A stretch of DNA of 44,236 nucleotides from Phoronis australis (taxonomy: Eukaryota > Animalia > Phoronida), in assembly GCA_002633005.1 (NCBI GenBank), contig NMRA01000365.1, positions 21,181-65,416 of the forward strand, given 5' to 3'. The notes under the pieces were generated by a model. It searched no databases. It was given only the letters and a program-made list of their open reading frames with translations, and was not told the origin of the DNA. Positions 12,481 through 24,821 of the stretch are shown in pieces. Position 1 is the first letter of the stretch. Every line of letters begins with the position of its first letter. Made by a program: the position numbers and the translations under genes.

Positions 12481-13283
12481 AAGATAATGTAACTACAGCT
12501 ATAACCCAAACATTATACCAGGAAACACAAAAGTACTGATTATGCATTAGTTGCAATTACGAAGGCAAAGATCTACAATAGTCGCAATAAGTACAATCGC
12601 AAGAATAGGCTTCGAAATAAAGTGTTTCTCAGTCATGGTCACCAACAGTGGTGCATGTCTTCATGCTAAATGACAATTCACTCCATAATTTAATTCCTTG
12701 ATACATCTATGCAACTTTGTGTTATAATGAGGAATTTCGAAAGTTAAGTGGTCCTCAAACCATATTTATGAGTCTTGTACTTGAAAATAATGCCAAGACT
12801 GCATGGATCAATATTGTTTACAATTCTAAAAACTTCAAAACACAATCTTTGTTTCCGTGAGGCTAACAGGGAGACACTCTGCTTTTCCTAGTAAGCATAA
12901 ACAAGATGTCTTGTAGTCATTGAATACGAAGCCTAACGCCCTGAGGAATATCATCTAAAGTCTCTTAGCATTTTGAATGCCGCAGCAATACTATGATAAC
13001 GAACAGTAAGTAAGGTGAGATTTGATGAAGGCGTTTACAATTTTCAGTTTAGAAGGAAAGTCGAGAATAGGCGTAAACGATGTAGGAAACAAACTTGTCT
13101 GGATGCCTTTTTGCTTATATAATTGACTTGCTGAGAGAAGGTTAACGACTCATCCAGATAGATGCCTAAAATCTTGACCTTGGTTTCACAATGAATTTCA
13201 CAGTCGCCAACGGAGAGAGTTAATTTTTCTTCCCCATTGAGCCCTTTCCTTGAAATTTTCTAAGATTTGCTGACATGTTATTG

Positions 13284-13284
<1 letters not shown>

Positions 13285-13368
<84 letters not shown>
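13285..13368. repeat. (CAT)28 microsatellite forming the 3' tail of the RTE element
   Basis: Directly visible; lies just after the RTE ORF end on the minus strand. Confidence 0.95.
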
Positions 13369-14429
13369 GTGGTGTCATCTCCTTATAGGTCGACTTGTAA
13401 TGACCCGCCATTCTGCTCTGCTCTTTGCCTTTCTGGTACATTCTTGCATTGATAGATTCGTCCAGTCCTTGATGTCGTCCAGCCACATTCTGTGTTGTCT
13501 ACCTCTTGCTCTCACCCCTTCTGTTTTTCCTTCCGGTTTGTTCTTGCAGATGGTGTTATGTCTTTCAATGTGACCAAAGTATTTCAGTTTTCTTGTTTGG
13601 ATTTTATTTGGGAGTGATGGTTTAATTTTGAGCAAGTTACAAACATCTTTGTTGGTCTTTCTTTCTGTCCATCTGATTCTTGCTACTCGTCTGAATGTCC
13701 ACATTTCAAAGCCCTCTATTTTTTCTCCAGGTTTTTATTCATTGTCCATGTCTCAGATCCGTAAAGCAGTACAGAATGTATGTAGCATCTCACAAGTTTT
13801 GTTCTAAGAGCGAAGGAGATGTTCTTTGATGTTAGCACTCCTGCCATAGAGATGAACCTTGATTTTGCCTTTCCGATGTGTATCTTTATTTCTTCATCAC
13901 TTCTGCCATCCAGTGTGACATGTTGGCCTAGGTATTTAAAATGCCCGTTTCTTTTCATTAATCCCAATGTTTGCCTTAAGACCATCCTTTTTGATATTAC
14001 CATCACTTTGTTTTCTTAATGTTCATATCCAGTCCATTTTTGCTGCTGCTTTTATTAACGATGTTGACAAGTTGTTGTAGGTCCTGTTCATTATTGGCCA
14101 TAAGGACTGTGTCATCTGCATATCTCACATTATTTATATTTCTTCCGCCAACAACGACACCCTTCAGATTGCTGCTCTATCGAAATATGAATTCAGTATA
14201 GACGTTAAAAAGGTATGGTGATAAACACAACCTTATCTGACTCCTCGTTTGATTTACGTGTATGGAAAAAGCTCGTTCTGAATTCTGATGACTGCTTTTT
14301 GGTGCCATTACATGTTTGTTATAATTCGTATGTCTTTGCCATCAATACCGATCTTTTCTAGGCATTCTATCATCTACACATGGTTGACCCTGTCAAATGC
14401 CTTGGCATAGTCGATAAAACATGCATACA
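13290..14429 (-). mobile_element. 5'-truncated RTE-clade (BovB-like) LINE with (GAT)n tail
   Basis: Motifs CFIDYAKAFDRVNH, YADDTVLMA, FKYLG, LLYGSETWT, KLKYFGHI and EGVRARGRQHRMWLDDIKDW. 11-bp TSD TATTGTCATCA at 13279-13289 and 14430-14440. Confidence 0.92.
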
Positions 14430-15333
14430 TATTGTCATCAAACCATTTTATCGTTTCGTTGCCAGCATTTTGAAGCTTTTCACATACGATACATAATTCT
14501 GAGTGAGAGAAGGTTAAAGTATTATTATCCGCGTGGTTGTTCACTGATTCGAGAATGAAAAGAAAATGTCGTTAATGAATATATAAAGCAATCGGGGCCA
14601 CAGAACAGATCCTTGTGGGACACCTTTGGGGATGTTCAACCAAGAACTCTTGGACGAGCAGACCTTGACCCGTTGTTTGCAAGATAACAAAAGGTTGCAA
14701 GCACTAGGGGAAACGCCATAAGCAGTTAGGTTCGAAATAAGTAATTATTGTGTGGTAAGCAATCAAAGGCTTTGGATAAGTCGATAAGCAGTGCTTCTAC
14801 AGACTCATCCCTATACAATACTTGCAGTTAGTTTTGTCTACAGGACGAATATCGTCAGGGTTACGTTGCAATCGTGCTTTCAGTACCCTCTTGACTAGTT
14901 CAAAGGGACAGCCTTTTACAAATTTGATATATAAGTTCTTTAACATCAGAATCAAACACTGGAACATGTCAAGTGAATTTAAATCCATCGTTCTTTATAT
15001 TCTTTTTTGTTGGTGTTTCGATCAAATTGTTTCCGGGAAGGGAGCTTTAACGCCTGTCAGTTTCAGACGCTAGAGGCACCTGAACTTCAAATCTAGAATC
15101 TTGTCATTCAAAGGCATTTAGAGTTAATCGATTGTTACGAAATGTGTTGTAATCAGCAGTATATTTTCACTGCTTAGATTCTTTCTGCACTGTCAAATTA
15201 AATTAAACTCTGCAAACATTTATGTAGTGTAAACCAATACACTCGGGTTTCCTCGTAAGAGGAAGAGCGTTCGATTTTTTAGGAAAAGTGTGATTGAACC
15301 AGGAGAAGGACAGCATAAAATTTCACTTTACAG

Positions 15334-18300
15334 GCCTACAGATCAGAATTTGTGGACTTTCTTCAATACCAGGGACTTGCAGAAGCCATTGAGAAGCCAG
15401 CCGTAAGTTAATTGCCCACTCCCAATTCGCATGATATCTTTAGTCCCGTCCATACACTGCCTTTCGGGGACTTATGTAGTCCGACTTTCTACTGAGCTGT
15501 CTTACATGACAAGCCAAGACATCGTAACATTTTTTTCAACATGTAACTTCCGAGATTGTGGTTTGATTTCGGGCTTTGTCGGCACGCGCAGTCATGCTTA
15601 TTACTTTGAGGACAGCATGACCCGAGTATGGAAGGGGTACGTAAAATGTCTGTACAGTTACTTGCGGTTGTCTACAGTTTGATTTTTGTGAGTGCATGAA
15701 CTATAGGAAATTAATTAGTAGCATTAAACTCGTTGAAATTTCAAATTTTTTACAAGAACAATAATTACCTTTGTACTGTAACTTAAAAGCTTCATCCTGA
15801 ACATGATCAGTCACCATCGACAGGCAAATCGAAATTATTTCATACCGTGTAATAAACGCAAAAGCACTATAATAATTGCTGTACAATGAATTCCTGATAA
15901 TTGGCCCAGGGCCAGAAACGTCCGGTAGGCTAATCAACAATACCTACGGAGTTTTGTTCCGAAACTGCCGGAGTCTGTTGCCTGTTTTTTTGACGTCTTA
16001 AACATTTTTGAATAAAATAAAACGTTGCTCTGATTTTTAATGCAACAAACAGTGTTTCAGTTGTAATATGATTTCTAGGTTGCAACTGCTATGTTTCGGA
16101 ATATAAGCAATGTACTCAACGACGAACTGGGTGACACCAAGGACGACATTGGCGGCAGGTACGTCGCGTTTAAGAGCAGGGCAACAGCACAAAAACTAAT
16201 ACGCGTACGACAGAAAATATCCGTCAAAATATGGTGTAGTCAGTATGCTGCAAGGTAGAAATGTTTATGTTACTAGAACTCTATAAAATGTCCAATTTTG
16301 ACGAATTTTGTGCTCGAATTCACATGAAAGTTTCAAATACAATATACCTCACTATTCTCCAAAATGCTAAGGGAATTGTTGTTAGGATGCTCCACTTTTT
16401 CATGAGAGGTGGATTATCAACAAAAGGACTTTAATGGGTTTTTTTGATACAACTCAAAAGTTGTATGCAACGAAAACGAAATAATAAAACCTGGAAAACT
16501 GTAACATTGCTTTTGATTTCATGTCGAACATTTCTGTCGAACGCAATTTGGTAATGTGATTGTTGTTTTGCTACGAATGCACCTTTCTGTTTTCCTTAAT
16601 TATCCTGAAAAGACAGTCAAAAGACCCAATTCATGGGAGATTGGTATAAAGTTGGAACCAAGTTCTTTTGTCTTTTTTCTTTCAGAATATATATACTTTT
16701 ACAAAGTTAAAATCTATAGTTTTGTAAATGTTTGGCTGTACTGGTTGATATGTATAAAGTCATGGCTATTGGTACGATTTTGTGTTATAAATTATCGGCA
16801 TTTGACGATTAATGAAACGACATTTACAAACCTTACTCTCGTCTACAACTACTGCAAACTTGCTTTAGACCATACTATATTAAAATTTTGAACATGAGGA
16901 ATAATTTAGTTTTTCCGACCTAAGTGTATAGATCCAAAACTTGTTACTATTTGATGGGTAGTCAGAACCACGATTACCTCAAGATCGTGGTTGCGGGTAA
17001 TGCTGTCGAGTCTAAGAATCTAAAACTGAAGTACTCTTTCCACAGGCTACTTGAACTTATCGACAGATTTACGGCGAACGTCGTAATACCAAACGGCACG
17101 GACACTGTTGTTATAGTAACCAGGAACGTCATTGTCAAAGCCATTGAACTCAACTACGAAAACATGAACACGTCGTTGAACTTTCGTCCTGAAAGCGAGC
17201 ACGACGGAAACGGCGAAACGGTTGATAAATGGGTAAAACGTTAACAAGTTTTGTGCGTATTTAGGCCCATATATCTAAATCCAATATATTGCGCTTTTCA
17301 ATTAAAACGTAACTAAGTGTTTCACGTATAAGCGTATGTGCCTAAGCTTCAGCTTCGCTTGTTGGCGCAGTTTTCTATCCCTTGCATTAAGTGAGAGTGG
17401 TGTTATTAATTATTTTGTTCACTTTCACATATGACTTTCCACTTTATTTAAAGTCGGTGAGTGCTATTATTACAAGTAGTTCTATTATCCGACAATTTAA
17501 AAAAAAAAATCTTAAACTGCAATACTTAAACTACAAGCTAATTATGCAATACAGATAAAATGCAGATAAAATACTGAACTTTAAAATAAATACAAAAGTA
17601 CGAGTACCTGTTATGTGTTGTGTAGACATCTGTAGCAGTTCTCACAACAGCTTTTAGCATTATCTAGGAGTTGTACGTAGCTCGATATTCCGTGTATGCC
17701 TCACTTCACTTTATGGATGTTACCTGAGCTGTATGTTGGCACTTGCTGTCCTTTGTAAATATGATCCTGATGATGTCTAATGAATAGACGAAACGTTGAT
17801 TGAACATGAACTTTTTTATTTGTGCGGCAATCGTCCGGTTTCTATTACGTTATGTTATCTGAGACATATTTTTAGAAAAAGACATAAGAAATGTCTTAAA
17901 ATGAATAATCTATTTGTATAGCTAAACCACAAAATTGTGTGTAAAACGTACTGTAGAATAACGCCTCAAGTTACTCAAACTAGCAAGACTGCCATGTTCT
18001 CAGAGAGTTAAACAACGATTACCGGCCCATGTGACTATATCTAGAAAAGTTGTTTTTTAGAAATTGTCTTTTTGTCATGTACGTATTTATTTCAACTATT
18101 ACTAGAAAGGCACGAACACAGGCATTTCTTTATACATTGACAGTCTCTTGCAAAACGCACTGTGAATAAAACTTTGTCTGCATTAACCCATTGAAATGAT
18201 GAATGATTTGACAATGGAAATGTTCTAAAACTTTCTGTGCTATTATAATTCTTGAATCATTATATGTTATGCAGACAATTGCAAAACGACATTGACCTTC

Positions 18301-21300
18301 GATACAGGCGCTGGAGGATGTCCGTTTTTCATGTGCATGCCTTCCAGTGAGCTATGAAATAAATTATCTCATTGGCACATTCTTGCACGAAGAACTATAA
18401 AGACATTATAACACGTCTAACGCAGGATGATGTTTGGCTCACACTTCCGAAAGAAGTCTTTTCTCAGCTCGAACATTCATCGGAATCAGTACGAATACAA
18501 TTGGTCGCGTTCTGGAATAGCAAGCTCTTTAAGGATAACGACAACAAGACTACCGATGTTGGACCAGTCATAGCGGCGTCTGTGCTGGGCCACACGTTAC
18601 GCAATCTCACCAAACCTGTCATCATTCACTTCCCAGTCAACGCTAGTGGAGAACGGAGACCAAAATGCGTTTACTGGGACCACGCCATAAGTACGTATCC
18701 CGTAGTACGTAGCTAGTTACGTCAGTATTCAGTAGAAGTGCCACGGGCATGGGTGAAGCGTACGGGGTTAAGATTGGATTAGTGACGACCAGGCTTGGGG
18801 AAAGAGTGAAATTGGTGCCAATAAGAGCAACTTCTAGGTCTGAGAAAATGGTGGTCACCGAAGGTAGCAGAAATTGCTATCAGTAGGGGAGGTCAGCGGC
18901 AAACGGGTAGCTACTGATGGAAAGAAAAAAACAGTGTTGAAAACCGAATGGCTAGGGCGGAGTTTGCTGGGTAAATGTGTTGTTTCGCCTTTGTTTCATA
19001 TTAAAAACTTCGCTTCGCCTCTGCAACAAGAGCTACTTACATTTAAGGGATTCAACACAGTTTTAATAAATAGTTGACAACTTAAATTTTCATATTTTGT
19101 ATTTGCATTTGTAGACTAAAAATCGGCAAAAATTCGGGGTCTTTTCCGCTTCAGCCGCCTAAACAAATATACCTTTAGCAAGAAATTTACATAGGTTAGT
19201 TAGGAGCCACCTCTAATTAATGATTGAAATCTTTGGGAAACGGTTTGTTGTATGATGTCTGTTTTATGTTTTAAAGGGTTTAATTATATTTCCTGCTTTA
19301 TTGGTTTTCTTATTTCGGCGTCTGTAAACGTTTCTTTTGGATTCTAGATATCAATAGTTTTAGCTTTTTAGCTACTACACAACAAATAAAATTTTTCGCA
19401 TATTGTTTTCTTTTATGTTTTATTTTAGAACTTGTCGCATTTTCTGTGAAATAAGAAAAACATGAGAATATCATCTACTTCCCTTTTTAGCTATTTTAGG
19501 TCAAGCAGCGTTGCATGAGAATGCACAATTCGACTGTCTCCAATCCGCGCCAATTTCAAAATCACGATTAGTACCGCGGGATTTCAATAGATGGTAATTT
19601 TATGAATTGTTGGGATTGTAAAATAAGTTCATATACGGGCAAATCTGAGGGAAGACTCTTCTTTAATAAAATTCAAAATTGCAGTTTGAATTAAGTCAAA
19701 CCGTAAGTCCACACTTGGATTAGCATGACGCAATTGTGAAATTTAATCGTGCGCTATTTCCAAACTGAAAAACAAAAACTCAATGCAAACTGAACATTTT
19801 TCAAAGTAAATAATTTGTTATTTGAAATAGATCATATTCAAATGTTAGTCACTACCGTAAAATAAAGACTATCTTAGAGCTTTTAGCGAACCCCTTAAAA
19901 GTCAAAAGTCGTAAATAATTTATTGAAAATTATAATTAAAGCCCAAGTCTTTGAACTTAAGTACGTACGGTACTCTGATGCACTCTAATTTGGATACGGT
20001 ATTAATTGCTCGTACACCTTAACTGAGATTCGAATCATTCCATACAAATTTTCAAGTAATTCACATATGTACCGAAGAAATCGTAAAGATAAATAAAAAT
20101 AATTGTGACACATTTCTTTTAAATTGAAGTGGAATTCTTGCTTTGCAGATAAGACATGGTCTACTGGAGGTATTACTACAATCTACAACATGACACATGA
20201 GAATAAAACGGTAACGTGCGAGGCAAATCATCTCACTAATTTTGCAGTTCTTATGGTAAGGTTTTACACTACTTATGGTTATGATTTGCTAATATTGGTT
20301 GTAAAACGTAAAAGCACAATTAAAGAATAAATTATAACAGTCTAATGACGCTAGATATATAACATGTTGCGGTCAAGTATTCATTAGATGTCCAAATGTC
20401 TTTAATCTGGTAGACCTTGTGCACTCTTCTTTAATTACACCTTCAATTTGTTCGGCTTACTTCAGTATTTTCAGGACACGAAAATTACACTCTTCACTGG
20501 TAATTTTTATCTGCAAAAATGACCCTCTGGTCATCGTTCCCAGTGTAGTTCTGCATATTTTGAATACCAGATTTTTGCGTATTGAACACTAAAGCTTCGT
20601 TTTGTTGCTCAGGAACCTCACCCAGGTGTCGAGTTCACCAAGACCCATAATGTTGCCCTAGCTATCATCTCGTACGTTGGTTGTGCCGTATCCGTCCTTG
20701 GACTTACACTTACCATGATAACATACATCATTTTCCCGTACGTATGACAGGCTGTAAGTTAATTCTTTGTCTCCAAACTGGAAACAAGCAAATCTTTTGA
20801 AAAAAGGTAATCTTGATTCTAGATGGTACTGACTCCCATTTCACTTTAACAAAACTACGAGTCAGGGTCGCAGCTACATATTTTCGACAGTCATGGGTGG
20901 CGCAGCACTGAAAAAAGTGGGGAGCTATAGCCCCCCAGCCCCCTATGGTGCGCCGCCCATGCACCTACAAGCTAACCATTCGAGCCCTAATCTGAGAAGT
21001 CACGCACAGATTCACACATAATGTCGCAAACTTCACGGACTGCCTTGACATTCTAGAACTCACGCCTATTGTCATTATATGCCATTCTGGTCTTTTTCAA
21101 CATGACAAATTAAAACCGCGAAAGCGGAGTTCTTTTTCAACATGTTTGAGTACTGCAGCTGTCTCGATTGAATGTATGGTTTGACTACTATTTGTGAGAT
21201 GTCACATCAGAAAGTATTCATACATTTGGCATCATTTTGACCCCACATTTTTTTCATTGGTAACGAAAAGTAACGAAAAATGTCTGCTACCAAGAACCAC

Positions 21301-24269
21301 AGCCCGGAACGAAAATTCTTTTACTACTAATCAAGAGACGACTTTTTATGTTTTCAGGTGTCTTCATTCCGGAAAAGCCGGCAAGATTGTGATGAATCTG
21401 TGCAGCTCAATGCTGTTGATGAACGTTTCATTTCTTCTCCAAGCCGGAGTCACTAAACTTCCCTGTCTATGCGATGTTGTCGCCGTCTGTCTTCATTACT
21501 TTACTCTGACTAGCTTACTTTGGATGGGAGTAGAGGCAGCTCATATGTATCAAGTCCTTATACGAATATTCAATTACAGCGGAAGAGGTTTTATGATAAA
21601 ACGATGTATTTTAGCATGGGGTGAGTTTTTGATACATGGATTGAGTGATTGACTGATTAAGAGTTGGCGGGAAACATTTATAAATCCAACGTAGGCCCTA
21701 CATCTAAGTAATGTAAACGAGACCAGGATGAACCGAATTGCAGCTGTTACAAAGTTTTGGGTGTTACTCTGGTTTCATTCTCAATAATGAGCACGATTGC
21801 TACATGTATTTATAAAAGGAACGAAAGGCTATGATGATAGCACAAAAATTACCTATAATTTACAGATTTATAACTTCACCCAAATCAGCCAATCTTAGAT
21901 AATGTAACAATACTAGATTCTAAAACAGGTGCGAGGCATGCTGAATGGCAAGAATGTCATGGGAGACCACCTGGAAATTAGTGAGGGATTAAAAACTAGA
22001 TGGCATAGGAAGTCTCTGGAAAGAGAGTGACTGTTGTCATTTACAGGGGTTCCCGCATTTTGAGAACCAGTTTTCTCAACTATCGTAAGTATCGCGCATC
22101 AATCTGGTTCTCAAAATCTGGGACCCTTATAACTGATTATTGAGGGAAAGAGAGCAAGAAAATTGTGTTAATGGACAGTAGCGATATACTTTATTCACAA
22201 TGCATATTAATGAATATAATTTATAAATACAAAGGAACTATGGAAAATAGAGACTCTCAGCAACCCAATGCTTTTTTGGCACTGTATCTAAATATGACTT
22301 GAAAAAATGAAAATGTGTTGAAAACTCGTCCAAACATACGTAGAATTACACATCCATTATTTTCTACAAGAACACATTGTCATTTCTGTGAATTCGTCAA
22401 TCCCATCCTCGAACTAACACGCACTAGTCAAGGTCATTTACTTGCTGGTGAGTGACAAGCATGATGTTTATTTTCCAGGAGTTCCTGCCCTCATTGTTGG
22501 AATAACATTAGCTGTGGATACTGACAATTATAAAAGCAAAGACGACTTGTAAGTTATTAAATTTAGTGTGACACTTGTCATTTTTTAAATGGGCCCTATT
22601 GACTGACGATAATAGATGTTTCACGTACTGTAGTCGCTAGATTATTTCTTGGAATTGGACTCTACAGTAAACATTTTAATTACTGTTGCATTATCGTGTT
22701 TCATTGTTTATAATGATTCGTCCAGGCAATCTAGCCACTTCGTTGTAGCCGTTCTATTTGCCCTTTACATATAAATTTCGTTACAATCAGTTCTCATTTT
22801 GTCTCTCATTTCATTTCGTTATTTCATTCTCACTTCCGCACCCGCCATGTCACGTCATTTTTGACCTTCTGACTTTTACCAGCTTCCCGGCTAACCAACT
22901 ACAGCTCTGCAACCCCACAACCCGAGCTTCAGTGCTGTAGTGGGGCGTAGGTGCACGTAGGCGCAGCCAACCACCTTTTGGCATTTGAACATAGCGCCTA
23001 CGCACCGTAAGTTATGTTCATTGCTCAAGGTGATACGGTGGGCTCGGAGCGCCCACTTACCTCTAAGTTTACCACTACAGCACTGCCCAGTTTGTTAATT
23101 GCGCTTCGTAGGGACTCCAACACTGAATTGCAAATTTTTGTAAATGCACTGTGCTAAGGTTATGTAGTACAATTTTGGCCAACTTCAGAACATCGCATCT
23201 CAGAAAGGGCTGATCGAATTCACACGCAACTTTGAGATACTACGCCTTACACATTCGTTATTCAAAACACTCTGCTGCTAGGATTTGCTTTTAAAATCTT
23301 CCACTTTTGCCTGAGAGGCTATCAAAATAGGACTTGTATAATTTTTATATAATAGTTGCATAGAACGAAAACTGTAGCATCGTTTTTGAGATTTTATCGT
23401 ACGAAATTTGGATATGTTACTCATCTTGTTCATTTGCTACGATTGCATAATTCTTTTTTTTTGCTAAATTTCCTACAAAAGCAAGGTCACGTGATCTAAT
23501 TAGTGGTAGGTTGGTATAAAGTCATATTTGGCTACATAACATTAATGTCGAGAATGGCTCTTGTTCATAAACTTATAGCATAATGGTTAAAGATGACCTG
23601 TTTGTTTTGACATGACACTTTACAGTTTATGCTCAAGCCTGAAGGTCCGGGTTCGACTTACTTAACACATTAATTCTAATATCCAGTCCTTGTGATTCGT
23701 TCTAATTGTTATGTCATTGTTCCAGGTGCCGACTTAACTACGACAATCCATACGCGTATTATATTGGCTTCCTCGGGCCCTGTTGTCTCATCCTGTTCAC
23801 TAATTGCGTGATATTTATAATGCTGATTCGCGTCATTCTGCGGCCAAAAGTGAAGACTTTCAAAGGACATTATGCTGCGGAATCAAACATCACTGCGTCT
23901 CAGATAAGGGGGGCCATCAGTGTAATGGTACTCCTCGGTGTTACATGGGTATTTGGTGCTTTTGCTGTTGACAAGGCTAAACTCGCCTTCACGTACATAT
24001 TTTGTATGGCCAACTCGATGCAAGGATTTCTGATATTCATGTTCCGTTGCCTTTGTTTCCCTGAAGCACGGATGGCATGGAACCAGTTGGTGCAACAGGG
24101 AACCATAAAAAGACAACCAGGAGTCCGCGTGAAAAGCGCCGTCGTTAGTTTCCGCTCCAGTACGTCATTCACTTCTTGGAGAAAGAGGAGCGGGCAATAC
24201 AATATAAATTCGAAAAAGTTTGAATCGTCAAATGCGAAGAAAGAAATGGTTACAATAGAGACACAGTGA
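15334..24269 (+). CDS. Adhesion G protein-coupled receptor (GAIN/GPS plus family B2 7TM), multi-exon, 5' start not identified
   Basis: Exons 15334-15402, 16079-16158, 17046-17232, 18426-18690, 20149-20255, 20613-20737, 21358-21620, 22479-22548 and 23726-24269 join in frame with GT-AG introns (1710 nt). GPS CVYWD...WSTGG...TCEANHL/TNFAVLM; TM1 ISYVGCAVS; TM3 LHYFTLTSLLWMGVEA; TM4 AWGVP; TM6 LLGVTW; TM7 NSMQGFLIF. The first two exons are less certain. Confidence 0.92.
18426..18690 (+). CDS. aGPCR exon: GAIN B subdomain to start of GPS
   Basis: DDVWLTLPKEVF...VIAASVLGHTLRNLTKPVIIHF...PKCVYWDHAI; bounded by cgcag| and |gtacgt. Confidence 0.9.
20149..20255 (+). CDS. aGPCR exon: GPS cleavage site and Stachel peptide
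   Basis: KTWSTGG...VTCEANHLTNFAVLM; bounded by ttgcag| and |gtaagg. Confidence 0.92.
20892..20961. mobile_element. Small MITE (intronic)
   Basis: TIRs CATGGGTGGCGCA (20892-20904) and TGCGCCGCCCATG (20949-20961). Confidence 0.6.
21358..21620 (+). CDS. aGPCR exon: TM2 to TM4
   Basis: KIVMNLCSSMLL...CDVVAVCLHYFTLTSLLWMGVEAAHMY...ILAWG; bounded by tttcag| and |gtgagt. Confidence 0.92.
22046..22127. mobile_element. Small palindromic MITE; related degenerate copy at about 34782-34848
   Basis: GGGTTCCCGCATTTTGAGAACCAG ... CTGGTTCTCAAAATCTGGGACCCT. The second copy shares CCCGCATTTTGAGAA..AGTTTTCTC. Confidence 0.6.
22930..23085. mobile_element. hAT-like MITE
   Basis: Perfect 14-bp TIR CAGTGCTGTAGTGG / CCACTACAGCACTG. 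The flanking 8-mers CCGAGCTT and CCCAGTTT match at 6 of 8 positions, consistent with a decayed TSD. Confidence 0.7.
23726..24269 (+). CDS. aGPCR last exon: ECL2, TM5-TM7 and C-terminal tail
   Basis: CRLNY...FLGPCCLILFTNCVIF...GAISVMVLLGVTWVFGAF...NSMQGFLIFMFRCL...; stop TGA at 24267-24269. Confidence 0.92.
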
Positions 24270-24362
24270 TCAAACTTCTAAAGACTGTGTTTTAAAATGT
24301 ATTTGATGCGTTATTTAACAGGCTAGCTTTGTTACAAAATGTTGCCCTTTTCACAAGATCGT

Positions 24363-24368
24363 AATAAA
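24363..24368 (+). promoter_or_regulatory. Candidate polyadenylation signal of the aGPCR
   Basis: AATAAA 94 bp after the stop codon. Confidence 0.45.
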
Positions 24369-24410
24369 AAGCATGAAAAACACTAACGTCAACTATTGCT
24401 TGCTGTTATG

Positions 24411-24543
24411 NNNNNNNNNNNNNNNNNNNNNNNNNNNNNNNNNNNNNNNNNNNNNNNNNNNNNNNNNNNNNNNNNNNNNNNNNNNNNNNNNNNNNNNNNN
24501 NNNNNNNNNNNNNNNNNNNNNNNNNNNNNNNNNNNNNNNNNNN
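24411..24543. other. Assembly gap
   Basis: Run of Ns; a shorter run lies at 25247-25255. Confidence 1.
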
Positions 24544-24752
24544 CGGGGGGGGGGTTCGAAGCCGGGCACCCCCGAGGTTCAGCCCCACCCTATCCGCTAC
24601 CGTAAGGACGTCGTTGAACAACAACAAAAACTGTGTTTCCATTCTTTTAAATTCATCATACGTAACTTCACTACATCGCTGTTGCTCAAAACCAGACGTT
24701 TAGTTGTGTTTACTTGCAGAAAACCCCAATGTGAGCACAGCTGGTTGTTCAT

Positions 24753-24821
24753 CTCGCTGGTTCCCTAGCGTGCCTATGGGCTGGCTACTGGCCACCCAAC
24801 GGCATGCAGGGAACCAGCGAG
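24753..24821. mobile_element. 69-bp hairpin element flanked by a 9-bp direct repeat
   Basis: TIR CTCGCTGGTTCCCT (24753-24766) / AGGGAACCAGCGAG (24808-24821); GTTGTTCAT at 24744-24752 and 24822-24830. Confidence 0.7.

Larger units (their letters stand above)
12480..14802 (-). mobile_element. Decayed CR1/L2-group LINE RT fragment, interrupted by an RTE insertion at 13290-14429
   Basis: Minus-strand motifs LLIDLSKAFDCLPH, KGVPQGSVL, YIFINDI, degenerate (N)HADNNTL, IKWFDDN|NMSANLRKFQ, KILGIYLDESLTFS and YQGIKLWSEL. Confidence 0.8.

Noticed and set aside
13220-13486. Poly-Asp and poly-His ORFs
   Set aside because: These are translations of the (CAT)n tail of the RTE retrotransposon.
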